NCBI RefSeq assembly: GCF_001194135.2
Contig: NC_068995.1
Span: 2,682,477 to 2,746,476 of the forward strand
DNA: 64,000 nt
Reading direction: 5' to 3'
DNA from: Octopus bimaculoides
Taxonomy: Eukaryota
The notes under the pieces are model-generated. The model had not been told where the DNA came from. It worked only from the letters and a program-made list of their open reading frames with translations, and did not search any database. Below, one piece after another: positions 35,391 to 47,238 of this stretch. Position numbers and translations under genes: made by a program. Numbering within the stretch: position 1 is the stretch's first letter; every line of letters begins with the position of its first letter.

Positions 35391-35732
35391 ATGTTGAATT
35401 GGTATCTTTATGGTACCACTTTGAAGAACTTTTAGTTAAACAAATCAACTTCAGGACTTATCCTTTTGTAAAACTTGGTACTTATTCTTTGCCAAACTGC
35501 TGAGTTACAGGGATGTAAACACACCAACACCGGTTGCCAAGCAGTGGTGGAATGTGTGTGAAATGTGTATATTGGAATGTATATGAAACTTGCATTTGAA
35601 TGGGTATGTGGAGTGTGTGTGGGGGTGCAATGTGTTTGTAAAATGTGTGTGTGTGTGTGTGTGTACAATGTATGTCTGACAAAATGTCTGTTCCCCAATT
35701 CTCATTTGAAATATGTTTTTGCATATTTGAAG

Positions 35733-35781
35733 GTGTTCTTCTGTTACCACGCAAAGAAGATTGATTACAGTGCATTCAAAG
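35733..35781 (+). CDS. CFAP61: CFAP61 exon 21 (VFFCYHAKKIDYSAFK)
   Basis: ttgaag| and |gtgatg; phase 0-1; resembles human MFFSFCEKNVDYETFK. Confidence 0.88.
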
Positions 35782-36459
35782 GTGATGTGTCTTTGTTTTA
35801 TTCCATCTGTTACCCAGTTGAGTTTAAACCTTTTTGTTGTTGTTGTTGTTGGTGGTGGAGGTGGTGGAGGTGGTGGTGGTGGTTAACCTCCTGTATATGG
35901 TCTATCATGTCGCATTGTGTTTTTGTTATTGTGTCTTGTTATTGTTTGATCCCCACCACCTCCACCTCCGCCAAGTACACCCTAAAGCAAAGCACATGTG
36001 ATCAAAAGCATTCCAGCTGTATATAGGACTACATTGTCTAATGTGTCCTTCATGTGGGAGTGTAATCCAAAGTAAATTTGGCTGCTATTTCTAACAGTTT
36101 CATTGACCACATAGAGGTTTGCTTGGTGTCCCTGTTGCATTTTGTGTTTTGTTCAGTTCTCTTCTGTTAGTGTCATTGTTGTTGTTGTTGTTATTTGACA
36201 TGTGTTCTTTTGGGGAATGGGCGATGCCCTGTATATGTAAATATGGGTTGGTGAAGCTATGGATTTGTGAATCACACCTTTAAGTGATCCCCAACATCAT
36301 TATAGATAGGTCTGTTCGCACAATGTAGACCTGGGGTTAAACAATGTCATTTTTTTTTTTATCACCAACACCCTCACCACCAACATCAGTTTGTAACCTG
36401 GTCTGTCTGTCTTTCTCTCAATCTCTTTTTTTCTTTTTCAGTCTCCCTGCTATCTCTGT

Positions 36460-36538
36460 GCAACTGTCAGTCTCTCTCTCTCTCTCTCTCTGTCCTTCCT
36501 CTATGGTTCTTTCTCTCTCTCTGTCCTTCCTCTATGGT

Positions 36539-36577
<39 letters not shown>

Positions 36578-36846
36578 NNNNNNNNNNNNNNNNNNNNNNN
36601 NNNNNNNNNNNNNNNNNNNNNNNNNNNNNNNNNNNNNNNNNNNNNNNNNNNNNNNNNNNNNNNNNNNNNNNNNNNNNNNNNNNNNNNNNNNNNNNNNNNN
36701 NNNNNNNNNNNNNNNNNNNNNNNNNNNNNNNNNNNNNNNNNNNNNNNNNNNNNNNNNNNNNNNNNNNNNNNNNNNNNNNNNNNNNNNNNNNNNNNNNNNN
36801 NNNNNNNNNNNNNNNNNNNNNNNNNNNNNNNNNNNNNNNNNNNNNN

Positions 36847-36905
<59 letters not shown>

Positions 36906-36959
36906 CTTCCTCTATGGTTCTTTCTCTCTCTCTGTCCTTCCTTCCTCTATGGTTCTTTG

Positions 36960-36990
<31 letters not shown>

Positions 36991-37035
36991 TCTGTTTCTC
37001 TATCTCTCATTCTACTTCTCTCTCTCTCTCTCTCC
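36460..37035. repeat. Compound (CT)n microsatellite with repeated ctgtccttcctctatggttcttt units, interrupted by a gap
   Basis: Direct inspection. Confidence 0.9.
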
Positions 37036-37039
37036 TCAG

Positions 37040-37209
37040 CCATAAATGATGCCTGTCTCATAGTGGATCATAAAATCGTTATCAACAATGATTTCCACAC
37101 TGTTGATCCTAACATCTGGGCAGCTGGCACCTTCACCAAATACCAACGTGTCTTATATTCTGACAACTGGGTACATAGCAAGTTTAGCTCAAAGGAAATA
37201 GGGTTTACT
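37040..37209 (+). CDS. CFAP61: CFAP61 exon 22 (INDACLIVDHKIVINNDFHTVDPNIWAAG...FSSKEIGFT)
   Basis: cctcag| and |gtgagt; phase 1-0. Confidence 0.95.
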
Positions 37210-37306
37210 GTGAGTATCTCTCTCTCTCTCTCTCCCCCCTCTCTCTTTCTTAGTTACCTTGTTTGTTTGTTATCATTGTTGTTGTTATTACTATTGTCTT
37301 CCACAG

Positions 37307-37433
37307 CTGGCCAACAAAATTCTGAAGATCTTCAATCCAGCTATGAACGAGAACGAAACTAAAAACTTACCGGAAGATACTGAATTAGTTACAACATACA
37401 TTGAACCTAGAATCAGCAGCGCCTTGCTACCAG
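37307..37433 (+). CDS. CFAP61: CFAP61 exon 23 (LANKILKIFNP...SALLP)
   Basis: ccacag| and |gtcaat; phase 0-1. Confidence 0.9.
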
Positions 37434-37800
37434 GTCAATAAATAAATTAATTAATTTATTAACAATCTTTTGATTAGGATTTCACTGGTGTTGCTGTTGA
37501 ATTCTACTTATGTATGTGTTTGTCAGGGATATTGAATGTGTTGTATTGTGGTAGTGGTGGTGGTCGTGGTGTGATTGTATTGTTTATCTGGTCTTCAGGT
37601 TGTTGAGGTCATGGTGTTGTGAAGTCATAGCTGATATTGTGAGGCTGTGATGGTTGTGAAGTTTCTGTAATTGTGAGATCATTGGTGGATGTATCTGTTA
37701 TTAGGTGTATACTCCTATTTAGTCAACATCAAATTAATTATTAAAGAAGACAACAGTAATCACCAATAATAATTAAGCATTGTAATTAATTAATCCTCAG

Positions 37801-37871
37801 GTGGTTTCCATTACTTAAATGTGTGCAGACCTGCTATCAATAATGAATTTTATGAATCAGACGTACAAACT
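37801..37871 (+). CDS. CFAP61: CFAP61 exon 24 (GFHYLNVCRPAI...)
   Basis: cctcag| and |gtgagt; phase 1-0. Confidence 0.9.
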
Positions 37872-38426
37872 GTGAGTTGATTTCTTGTTTAATTATTCTT
37901 TTTATTAATGTATGTAATTAAATCATTTTAAAGTCAGGAATATCAACAAGTTGATGACTGTAGGTTATGGTGATTATCTCTGTGAACCATTTTATACAAT
38001 TCTGGCAGACATTAAGAAACCATTCCTAATCAAAACCATTCTCCTTACAAGACAAACTAAACAGAGTGGTTATTACATTTTCCTTTATTCAAGGTGTTAC
38101 TATCACAAGTTTTTGAAGCAAACTGAACTCTAAGGAATGTTGATTGTAATTAATTATTACAGATATATTACAAACATAATGCAAAAACACCTGGAAGACT
38201 GTGACTGTCAATAAAATAGAAATAAAACCTTAAAAGGTTCTATTTATGTGTGGTCTGGAACGGGTCCGCAATCCTGTTGGTTGGTGCCCCCTGTTCTGTG
38301 TCACACCATTATAATGTGATTGTAAAGTGCCATGCTACCTACTTTTATTTTGCAAAACATTAACATAAATGTAAATCTTGTTCTGTCTCGACTAATGATT
38401 GATGAAGTTTATTTGTTTTGTTACAG

Positions 38427-38531
38427 GGTTATGTTTTAAAAACTGGCAAACCCACAGACCCTTGTGGCTATTTCGAAGTTCTCCTCAACCGGTATAAACA
38501 AGTCGAAACCATCACTTGTCTTAGAAAAGAA
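38427..38531 (+). CDS. CFAP61: CFAP61 exon 25 (GYVLKTG...YKQVETITCLRKE)
   Basis: ttacag| and |gtaagt; phase 0-0. Confidence 0.93.
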
Positions 38532-39511
38532 GTAAGTATAATCTGAGATATCTGGTACATAATGCACCACCAAGAATTTTACTTTTCAGACGTATGCATA
38601 AATATGGCTGTGTGGTTAATTAGTTCACTTCACAATCACATGGTTCTGGGTTCAATCCCACAGGAAGGTACCTTGGACAAGCATCTTCTAAAAGAGCACC
38701 AATATGACCCAAGTCCTATGAATGTAATCACATAGAAGACAGAAACTGTAAGGAATCTCATTAGATGAACTCTATCTGTTTTTAGGTCAGAGGCTTAATA
38801 TGGTTCTTGGTTCCTTCAGCAGATTCCCCTCTGATGCAGGGATAATTCAATACATTGATGTACTGATTCTTACAGCAGTAACCTCTAAAACTTTCCCTAT
38901 TAGTCCACCAGTCTCAGAAACCCTGAAAAGGTCAAAGGCACTGCCTGTTGCTGTTTGGATCAAGCACCTTAAAAATATAGAAAATGTAGAAAATATCTTT
39001 TTTAAAATACCTTACCTACCTCTGAGTATTTTAACTTCATTGATTGAACTCAGAATTGAGTTGTGAACATGGTGGCCTCAACTCCTTTCTACTTGGTCAG
39101 AGTCTTTGGCTCATCACCAAAATATATCTTCATTGTATAAGTATTTCTATGGCCATTACTCTGATAAACTTTCTCTTTGAGTAGCTTCTTTCAAGACATT
39201 TAAAAATGTCAGCCACTTCCCTTCCCAGGAGCATCATTTCTTTGTTGAGTTTCTTGTTACTGGGAGCTTCCTGTTGTCGAGCTCCCTTCAGGTCTTTCTA
39301 TTCTAATTGTTTCTCCCTTGAACTGTTGCATCTTGTTTTCCTCTGGTCTGCATTATTCAGCCCTTTTATCAATTGACATCTTTTGAATTTGTTGTCCCCT
39401 TTACCATTTTTTGTCATTCCTTACATTACAGTAATCTCAAGCCTTGTTTGGGACCCAAATTGTTTTACAGAAAGTAGAGAAGAAAATAATGTTTTGCCAT
39501 TTTGGTTTCAG

Positions 39512-39615
39512 CCTTTTGCAGCCAGCAACTTTGTTGAATTGTATGGAGTCCATGAATCCATTCTGAACAACATGTTACAGCGTTATGAGGAAGGCTTAAT
39601 TAAGGATTTCTTCAG
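39512..39615 (+). CDS. CFAP61: CFAP61 exon 26 (PFAASNFVELYGVHESILNNMLQRYEEGLIKDFF)
   Basis: tttcag| and |gtgagt; phase 0-2. Confidence 0.95.
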
Positions 39616-39657
39616 GTGAGTTTCTTTTTTTATCTGTGTGTGTGTGTGTGTGTGTGT

Positions 39658-39713
<56 letters not shown>

Positions 39714-39882
39714 TAAAGTAAAACCGTTGACTGAGGAAAGAGGTGGTGACCAGTGATGGTGGCTTGCAGGACAATCAGTAATATTAATAATTGAAACCAT
39801 AATGAAATAAATGTTAAACTGAGAAGAATCTATAAATTTTACCTTCCTATAAACCAACCTTTACTTCCTATCCACCATCTAG

Positions 39883-39973
39883 TTTCTTCATGGAACCGTA
39901 CTGTCTGCCAATCTACCATGACCGTTTTAAAGACATACGACAAGAAATTCGTCAAGTAATTTTGGATGAGAAG
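39883..39973 (+). CDS. CFAP61: CFAP61 exon 27 (FFMEPYCLPIYHDRFKDIRQEIRQ...)
   Basis: atctag| and |gtacgt; phase 2-0. Confidence 0.94.
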
Positions 39974-40664
39974 GTACGTTAAAGCCATTCTTTCTACTAA
40001 ATCTATGTATTTTTTCATCTACCAACCTTCAAACATTTGGTTCTACATCAATTAGAAACAAGCAAAAGATAAAAGATTGTGTAGAGATGGCCAAGACAAT
40101 TCTCACTGACTTGGTCTACTTAACTATAAATAGGTACAATGAGAAGGTGTGCTCACTAGCATAAAGAAAAAGTGCAAAATTGGATTATCAATTATTTCAT
40201 CTTTATTGGACTATTTACCACAAGTTACCTCAGAGACATCTAAATATTCTGGAGATTGTTCACTTTGTCAACTGCTGTTGAACTAAAGACAGTTGCTTGT
40301 TTAGCCAAAGAATATATGGCAGTTGTTGATGTTACATGTGGTTGGTAGATAAGACAACCAGGAATGGATATAACTTGTGTGTATGTATATGGTGTCTACT
40401 GTGTACAGACTGTGTGTTTAGTGTTGCAGTACATTGTGTGTGTGTGTGTGTGTGTTATCTACTGTGTAAAATTTGTGTGTTGACTATGTGTGGATATGTA
40501 ATATCTTATGCTGTGAACTGTATATTGCTTACTGTATAATGTATATTGCTTACTGTATACAGTGTATATATCATATATTGTGTATTGTATACTGGGTGTA
40601 TATGATGATGTCTACTGCATTCAGTGTGTGTGTGTCTAATATTATATATTGTTTGTGAACGCAG

Positions 40665-40730
40665 GGAATGTGCAATATTAATGCAGAACTGAGAGAATTG
40701 CTGCAAGATACCGATGGTGTAGCAGAAATG
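40665..40730 (+). CDS. CFAP61: CFAP61 exon 28 (GMCNINAELRELLQDTDGVAEM)
   Basis: acgcag| and |gtaagt; phase 0-0; weak similarity, but the frame and position fit. Confidence 0.72.
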
Positions 40731-41639
40731 GTAAGTAAATATTTCCATGCTCTCCATGGGTCAGTAAGTCAGATGGCATTAGACATTTGGGGTTGTTAGT
40801 CAAAATAAAGGTCCTCTTATAATCCTTCAGTCATAAGTTCAAACCTTACATATTGACATATCTTAATTTCTCTACCATGTCCACTGTATGACTAAAATGG
40901 TCAGAGTTACGAACTTGTAATGTGGTCACTAACATGATGGCCTTCTAGTTTGGTCAGTATTGGGACTAACTTGAAATCTAATCATTGTTTCGATGGACAT
41001 GGTGTGTGGTCAGTACAAGGTTGCTTCTGTAGTTATTGTGATCATTATTTGCACAGATAAGGGGAGCTGGCAGAACCATTAGCACACTGGACAAAATTCT
41101 TAGCATCATTTCATCTGTTTTAACATTCTGAGTTCACAGACTAAATGAAGCGTCCTGGATAACTTTCCTCAGTTATTATACTATGCTGCCTGTCTCACCT
41201 TCTTGTGTGCATTATTGTACTTCCACAGGGTAGATTCTATATTACACATGTGGCAGCTGCAGTAAAAAAAAAAATATGCTTTCCTAAAGAGGATTAATAA
41301 GACTAACACATGTCTGGAGTTGTCACCCTTACTGGCCATTTATCAGATTTCAATTTTAATTATTTGAGATTTTAATGTAGTCACATACATTTTGACCGTT
41401 TAAGATTACAAAGTTACTTCCCCTACCTGTTTTTTGTAGATTTATGTATTGATTCAATGTATACTTCTCCTCCATGCAATTAAAATCTTGATTAATTAAA
41501 GTTATCATGTTTGTCACTCTAAATATGTTAGAGGTTACTTTACTAATTGGAAACTCTTAGTTAATTTATCTGTTAATTCTGCCAAATGTGGGTTAGCCTG
41601 TTTTGTGTGAATGAGGTTTCTAAGTCCATCTGTTACCTT

Positions 41640-42160
41640 ATTTCTCTTGAAATTCACTGTTTTCATTTCAATTAATTTTAAAATATTGAAGTATTTAGTA
41701 AAATAACTTTGTCATAACTAAGCTGGTGTCTGGAACATTAATTAACATGAAATTTTGAAAGTAGGTTTTAATTCAAAACACTGTAACCTTTTCGTTGTAT
41801 TTCTGTTGAAATACATGGTTTTTGTTTCAATTAGTTTTTAAAATAATCAACAATTTAATAAAATAATTTTATCATTATTAAACTGGTGTTTGGAACTCAA
41901 GAAATAGAAATGAAGAAATTTTGATGCAAGGTTTTAATTTAGATCACTTTAACCCTTTTGTTGCCATATTTCTATTGAAATACTCTGCATTTGTTTCAAC
42001 CAGTCTTGAAAATAATGAATTTAGTGAAATGGCTTTGTTGTTATAAAAACTGATGTTTGAAACATAAATGAACATGACATTTTGAGAGAAGGTTTTAACT
42101 TAGATTAATTTTTGAAAGTGGAAGTCCCTTATCAAAGAACGAAGAGTGGTCTTTGGTCAG
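41640..42160 (+). repeat. Interspersed repeat of three ~160-bp units (ttaacccttttgtt.ccatatttct.ttgaaata...)
   Basis: Three imperfect tandem units; the TTAACCC start resembles a piggyBac-type end. Confidence 0.7.
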
Positions 42161-42277
42161 TTGGTATCGAAAACGTTTTTTTCCAGAAAAGGGTCCCCTC
42201 CCCATCAACCCACATATAAACTATCCAGAAGTTAGAAATGGCCTAAATGAACATATTGTTTCTGTTTTATTTTCCAG

Positions 42278-42421
42278 TTTCCAAAATCTGATCTCAGAAA
42301 TCTAATTGATAGATACATGCAGACAAATGCTCCGCGCCGTCTCGTCGAACACCATGTACTCGCTTACCTCTACTACAATTATTATCATCTACCAATGTTT
42401 GCAAAACCTGGATGTATTTAA
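42278..42421 (+). CDS. CFAP61: CFAP61 terminal exon (FPKSDLR...AYLYYNYYHLPMFAKPGCI*)
   Basis: ttccag| acceptor; TAA at 42419-42421; resembles human DYLHYNRYHLPMYAWPG. Confidence 0.95.
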   Translation, partial: FPKSDLRNLIDRYMQTNAPRRLVEHHVLAYLYYNYYHLPMFAKPGCI

Positions 42422-42468
42422 CCATTTTAGCCATTCTTCGTCTATAAATCTCTCCCTCACACATATGC

Positions 42469-42506
<38 letters not shown>

Positions 42507-42652
42507 ATGTATATATATATAATATATATATGTTATGCACTTCAGTAGCTTACAGTTGTTTCTGCTATAAGATGCAATGCACTCATAGTTGATGAAGCTA
42601 ATGATGTTCATAACTGTTTATTCCTTTGTCACCCTAATTTCTTATATATATA

Positions 42653-42687
<35 letters not shown>

Positions 42688-43739
42688 TTTTCTTTATCTT
42701 TTTTCTGGTGTTCTCATACTGGAAACTTCTATTTAAGCACAGCTATATTATATGAAGAAAGATTAAAATAATTTGATTCCATTGAAGTTTATTTATGTAA
42801 ACAGCTGAGCCAACAAAAATGCTGCTACATGGTTGATCAACCTAGTAGAAATAGCAACCAAATTTCCCTCAAATCATGCTCTACTGTCTTTTAAAAAGAG
42901 GAAAGAATATTGATGTCTGAATGAAATATGAATAATTATGTCTGAATGAAATATGAATAAAGCAAAATATAACTGGATGGTCATGGCTGTTTTACTTTTG
43001 ATCATAGGTCTGCTTGATGAAGGTTATCTTGGGGTTAAACAAGTGTTTCCCCTAAACGGTAATGGGTGACAGGGAATTTCGCCACAAGCATTTTTGCCAT
43101 AGGAAAATTCACTGTAAGAAATTATGTTTTAAATGACCTCATTATGTCTTTTTAATGTTTGACATTGAAGAAAGATTTGCCTATTTTATACTTTAATAAA
43201 ACTTTTGTTTTTTATTTTTAAAAATGCTGATATAATCTGCTTCATTAGTGTCCATATGGTGAATTTGTCTTATGGCAAATTTCCTATACAGTGAATTTTC
43301 TGGAGTCAGATGGTAGTGAGCTTGGAGGAGCGAAAAGTGACATCACATTCAGCATATTTTTTACGTCCACTTTTTCATGCTAGCATGGGTCAGAGGGAAG
43401 TTTGTTGAGGTTGATATTCTATGACTGGATGTGCTTCGTTTCACCTACCTTAACTTGTTTCCAAACATATTTCCCCATGGCCAGACAGATTTTCGTAGAA
43501 GACTAAGAACAAAGGACACCACTTGGATGACAGTGACACTTGCTTACAGCTATCACATGATGTCAAGGCAAGGAGACATTAACACACACACTCAAACATG
43601 CACACACATATATATATATATATATATACACACACAAACCTGTGCACAAACACACACAATGGGCTTTTAGTTTCTGTCCATCAAATCCACTTAGCCTGGT
43701 GCTCTAATAAAAGACGCTCACCCAAGGTGCCTCAGTGAC

Positions 43740-44273
43740 GGGGTGCATTATTGTCTTGAAGAATCCAATTCTACATGATCCACAGATCTGGTCACTTTCA
43801 CCAAATGCCCCTCCCCCCTCAAATGCTTCAAAACATGGCAGTAAAATTCTTAATCGACAGTCTGGCTCTGGGGTGAATTCTCGATGTACAATACCACATT
43901 TCTGTGGATGATGCTCGTGATAGGTCTTCCAGATCGCTCGTCTCCTGGGAACATTTTTCTACTTTTGAAACACCCATGCCACTCCAAACATTGTGTATAA
44001 CCCATTGCCATAAGCTTACCAGTGTCTGTGTAGTAGACTTCCCAAGTTTAATGCAAAATTTCGTGTTGGCTCTTTGTTCTTGTCCATGGCAAAACCACAG
44101 ACTACAGCAGACACACCTGATCAGAAAAACACAAATTTCAAGTAACCACAGTGATGTCACTTGGCACACTGCTTCGTGAAGGTCACTGCTAGCTCTCACT
44201 GCACACTCAACCATATGCTGCCATCTGTTGTGCTACAAAACTAGTCTGGGAATGTTTTTTATACCACCTCATA
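43740..44273 (-). mobile_element. Internally deleted mariner element (left TIR, N-terminal HTH, part of the catalytic domain)
   Basis: TA-tgaggtggtataaaaaacattcccagactag TIR; EQRANTKFCIKLGKSTTQTL; then, after a deletion, sequence resembling VHxEFxPxGQTVNxEFY and WILQDNNAP. Frameshifted. Confidence 0.8.
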
Positions 44274-46169
44274 TGTATATCTGTGTTTGTTGTCCTCTAT
44301 ACACAGTCATTTAACAACTGATGTTGGTTTGTTTACATCCTCTTGTTGATTTGTTCAACTAAACCTTCAAGGTGGTACCCCAGCAGGGCTACAGTCCAAT
44401 AACAATTCCAGGGTTGCTCAACCTGCAAGAAATAGCTGTTGAATCCCCCTCAAATCACATGCCACAGTATTAAAAACAGAACGATACACATTAGTTAATG
44501 TAGTTTGTCATCCAGACAAGGTGAGGTAGTTATGGTTGGAAGGTTTTCATCATAAATCTGCTCAGTCAAGGTTGACCTTGACTTCAAGTTCAACAACAAC
44601 AGCATTGCCATTTTCAGCAATACTTCTACTGCAACCAATACCCCTGCCTCCACCACCATCACCACTACCGCTTCCACCACATTTACCACAATCTCCTCCC
44701 CTATCGCTGCCACCACCACCATTGCCACACACTCACCACTACCCCTATCACTAACATTACCAACCCTACTACCGCTTCCACCACATTTACCACAATCTCC
44801 TCCCTTCTCACCACTTCCATTCCCACACCCTCCCCATTACCCCTATCACTAACATTATTAACCCTACCACCATTACTAATTTTACTACTGCCATTGCTGC
44901 CACCCTCATGATTGAAACATTGTTTAATACCATGGAAACAATATCACAGGTAAATATAGACAAGACAACCTACATTCACTTCATATCTCCTTTATCTGGG
45001 AGATAAAGATATTCTTTCCCACAAATTCTCAAACTTCTCTTGTCTTTATATATCTTATTCCAACAATATATAGACATTTTTAAAAAAAAATTTAATGATA
45101 AAATAAGAATGTTTAAAATGAAGAAAAAGACATTGATATCAGACTATGAAACCAAGAAAGGGTTAATAAGTCAATCTGTCTCCCATTTATGGCAGTTTCT
45201 GTCTTGATTGAAGTTTTATTGGGATGTCCATAACATCAATGTTTAGTTTTATGTAAAAAGGAAAATGACTGAAGATGATTTAAAGATATGTGAAAATTAT
45301 TCAGTGACAAAGCAGTCATGGATGTGTGGTTAAAAAGTTGGCTTGCCAGCCAAATTGTTTAGGGTTCAATCCCAAAGCACAGTCAGGAATAGATTTCCTT
45401 CAACCTGTTTTTCTACAGCTTGATGCCCTTCCCAAATGCCAACCACTTTACAGAGTGTACTGGGTACTTTTGACATGGCACCAGTGCCAGTGCTTTTTAC
45501 CAGATATAATGTAATTATATATACACACCATGTTAATGAAGCCCTTTCTGCCCCACACCATAAAGTCTAATGTTTACCAGGGTTCAAGTTTTCCCCCAAC
45601 ACCCCTTCCCCTATTTATCAACAACCTACTGACTGTCACCTCCAACAATGTCCACTTCTACATGGATTATGTCACCTCTAACTTTTTTCTAACATTCCAC
45701 ATCTAAATATCAGCCAGGTCTCACTGCACTCTCCCTTAAACATTAGCCCCCCCCCCCTCCTCTCCCCTTAAGCATTATCACATCTCTTACCTATTCTTCC
45801 TCCACTCCCCTGAAACATTATCGTAATTCCCTCCTCTTCCCTCACATTATCACCCCCTCCCTTTAAACATCACACCTCTCCCATCTCCCCTTAAATATGT
45901 GCAGTATGCAACTAGAATTCTTGGCCCCTATCATCACTGATGATCTCTCCTGTCAACCACACACCCTAAAACATAACAAATACTCCCTCACAAGCATTAC
46001 TTTTCCTCTTAAGGCCCAGGGAAATACTTCAGCTCCCAACAGCTACTAATCCTCTACAAAGACCCACAATGGCGCACTGATCCAACATTTGAATAAACAG
46101 CCCATAAAAACGTTTTCCTACAGGAGTGTGATGATTTCTCTCGCCCAACATAACCTAATGGAAGTCACA

Positions 46170-46620
46170 ACAAATGCTTGGTACACTCTCTCCAGTGATC
46201 TTTCCTGGGGACCCCACATACATAAAATTCTCCCACTCTGGTTAATTATTCTCTCTCTCTCTCTCTATCTACTCGAATTAAGTTCCACAAAGGAATGTAG
46301 CTCTGCATCTGTGAAGGTACTGGTGGCTAGACACGCAAACATCTAAGACTACATTACAAATAATACCAGACGAAGTCCTGAACACATTACAACGTCTGGC
46401 CCACACATTATATGTTGTATCCTCTCTCTGCTTAATATACCACTTCTGCAACTGCCTCTGCTCCTCTGAACTACATAGTTGTGCACCACCTCCATGCAAC
46501 AGACCCGTCTCCTGCCTCTCGTCACCCAGATTGTGTCTTACTGACCCTTCGTAGCCAGGTGCAGGTCGTTATTTAACAACAGCCCTTAGCCTCGACCTTG
46601 AACCTATTACGGTTTTATTA
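46170..46620 (+). mobile_element. Degenerate CR1/L2-type LINE RT C-terminal fragment
   Basis: TLSSDLSWGPHIHKI and LQRLAH...VSSLCLIYHFCNCLCSSELHSCAPPP resemble SSDLSW..HI and LQPL.HRR.VASL.LFYRY...CSSEL motifs. Confidence 0.6.
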
Positions 46621-47238
46621 AATATTTGTTTTCCAAAATAACTTGGGGAAAACCTGACTCACAAATTTTGTTTCTCCCCTATAAATCGGAGACATGTCGA
46701 CATAAGAAATCTATCAATAAACAGAATAAAGCATTATTTAACATTCCATGCCGAACAATCTAGAACCAAACGAAGCGAAACAAATAGTTATGGTGTTTAT
46801 ATATCGCCAGTTAAGCAACACTAAATTTACAAAACATATCACGGCCCTTTAAACTACGACCTTTCGTGTAGATAAATGGAACATTTTTACCGCGGGAATT
46901 TGTCGGTTGCTAGCCTCGAACCAAACTGCAATGTTTTACATAGTAATTCGTTTTATTTAATTATAACTTTTAAATTTCAAATTTTAATTTACAATTCCTA
47001 TTCATAATTTATATTTTCATTTCCACAAAGTTATCAAAATAGTAACATTATTAATAGAAAAAGTAATTCTGTGCGTGCAACATAAAAAAAAAGTTGTAAT
47101 TCTCTTCCCAGAGTTCCGTTATCAGACCATGCTGTTATTTAGCCTCGATCCAGGTGTGTAGTCAGATGTGATTTTTTTTTCTCGAAATTCTTGGTTTTTT
47201 TGCTCCATTTTCCCCAATTGATAGTAAATTACTGCAAC

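Larger units (their letters stand above)
17083..42421 (+). other. CFAP61: CFAP61 gene (cilia- and flagella-associated protein 61): 28 visible coding exons totalling 3502 nt plus one inferred exon, about 1190 aa
   Basis: The spliced translation aligns end-to-end with recalled human CFAP61 (RRTES, TPLNTLF, YLAELIE, RSHYNIEDYIYF, RRQIIYP, RIVVVGAS, PYDHLFLCCG, NDACL, ETITCL, HDRF, YHLPMFAKPG). Phases are consistent except across the 23643-24557 gap. Confidence 0.95.

Noticed and set aside
34990-35448. Regular repeats and long His/Thr/Cys-Val-rich ORFs
   Set aside because: A degenerate minisatellite, not a CRISPR array (eukaryotic DNA, no unique spacers) and not coding. The same applies to microsatellite-derived ORFs throughout the window.
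46753-46765. GAAcaATCtaGAA heat-shock-element-like motif upstream of ST13
   Set aside because: The central unit is mismatched, it is short enough to occur by chance, and it is about 470 nt from the ATG.
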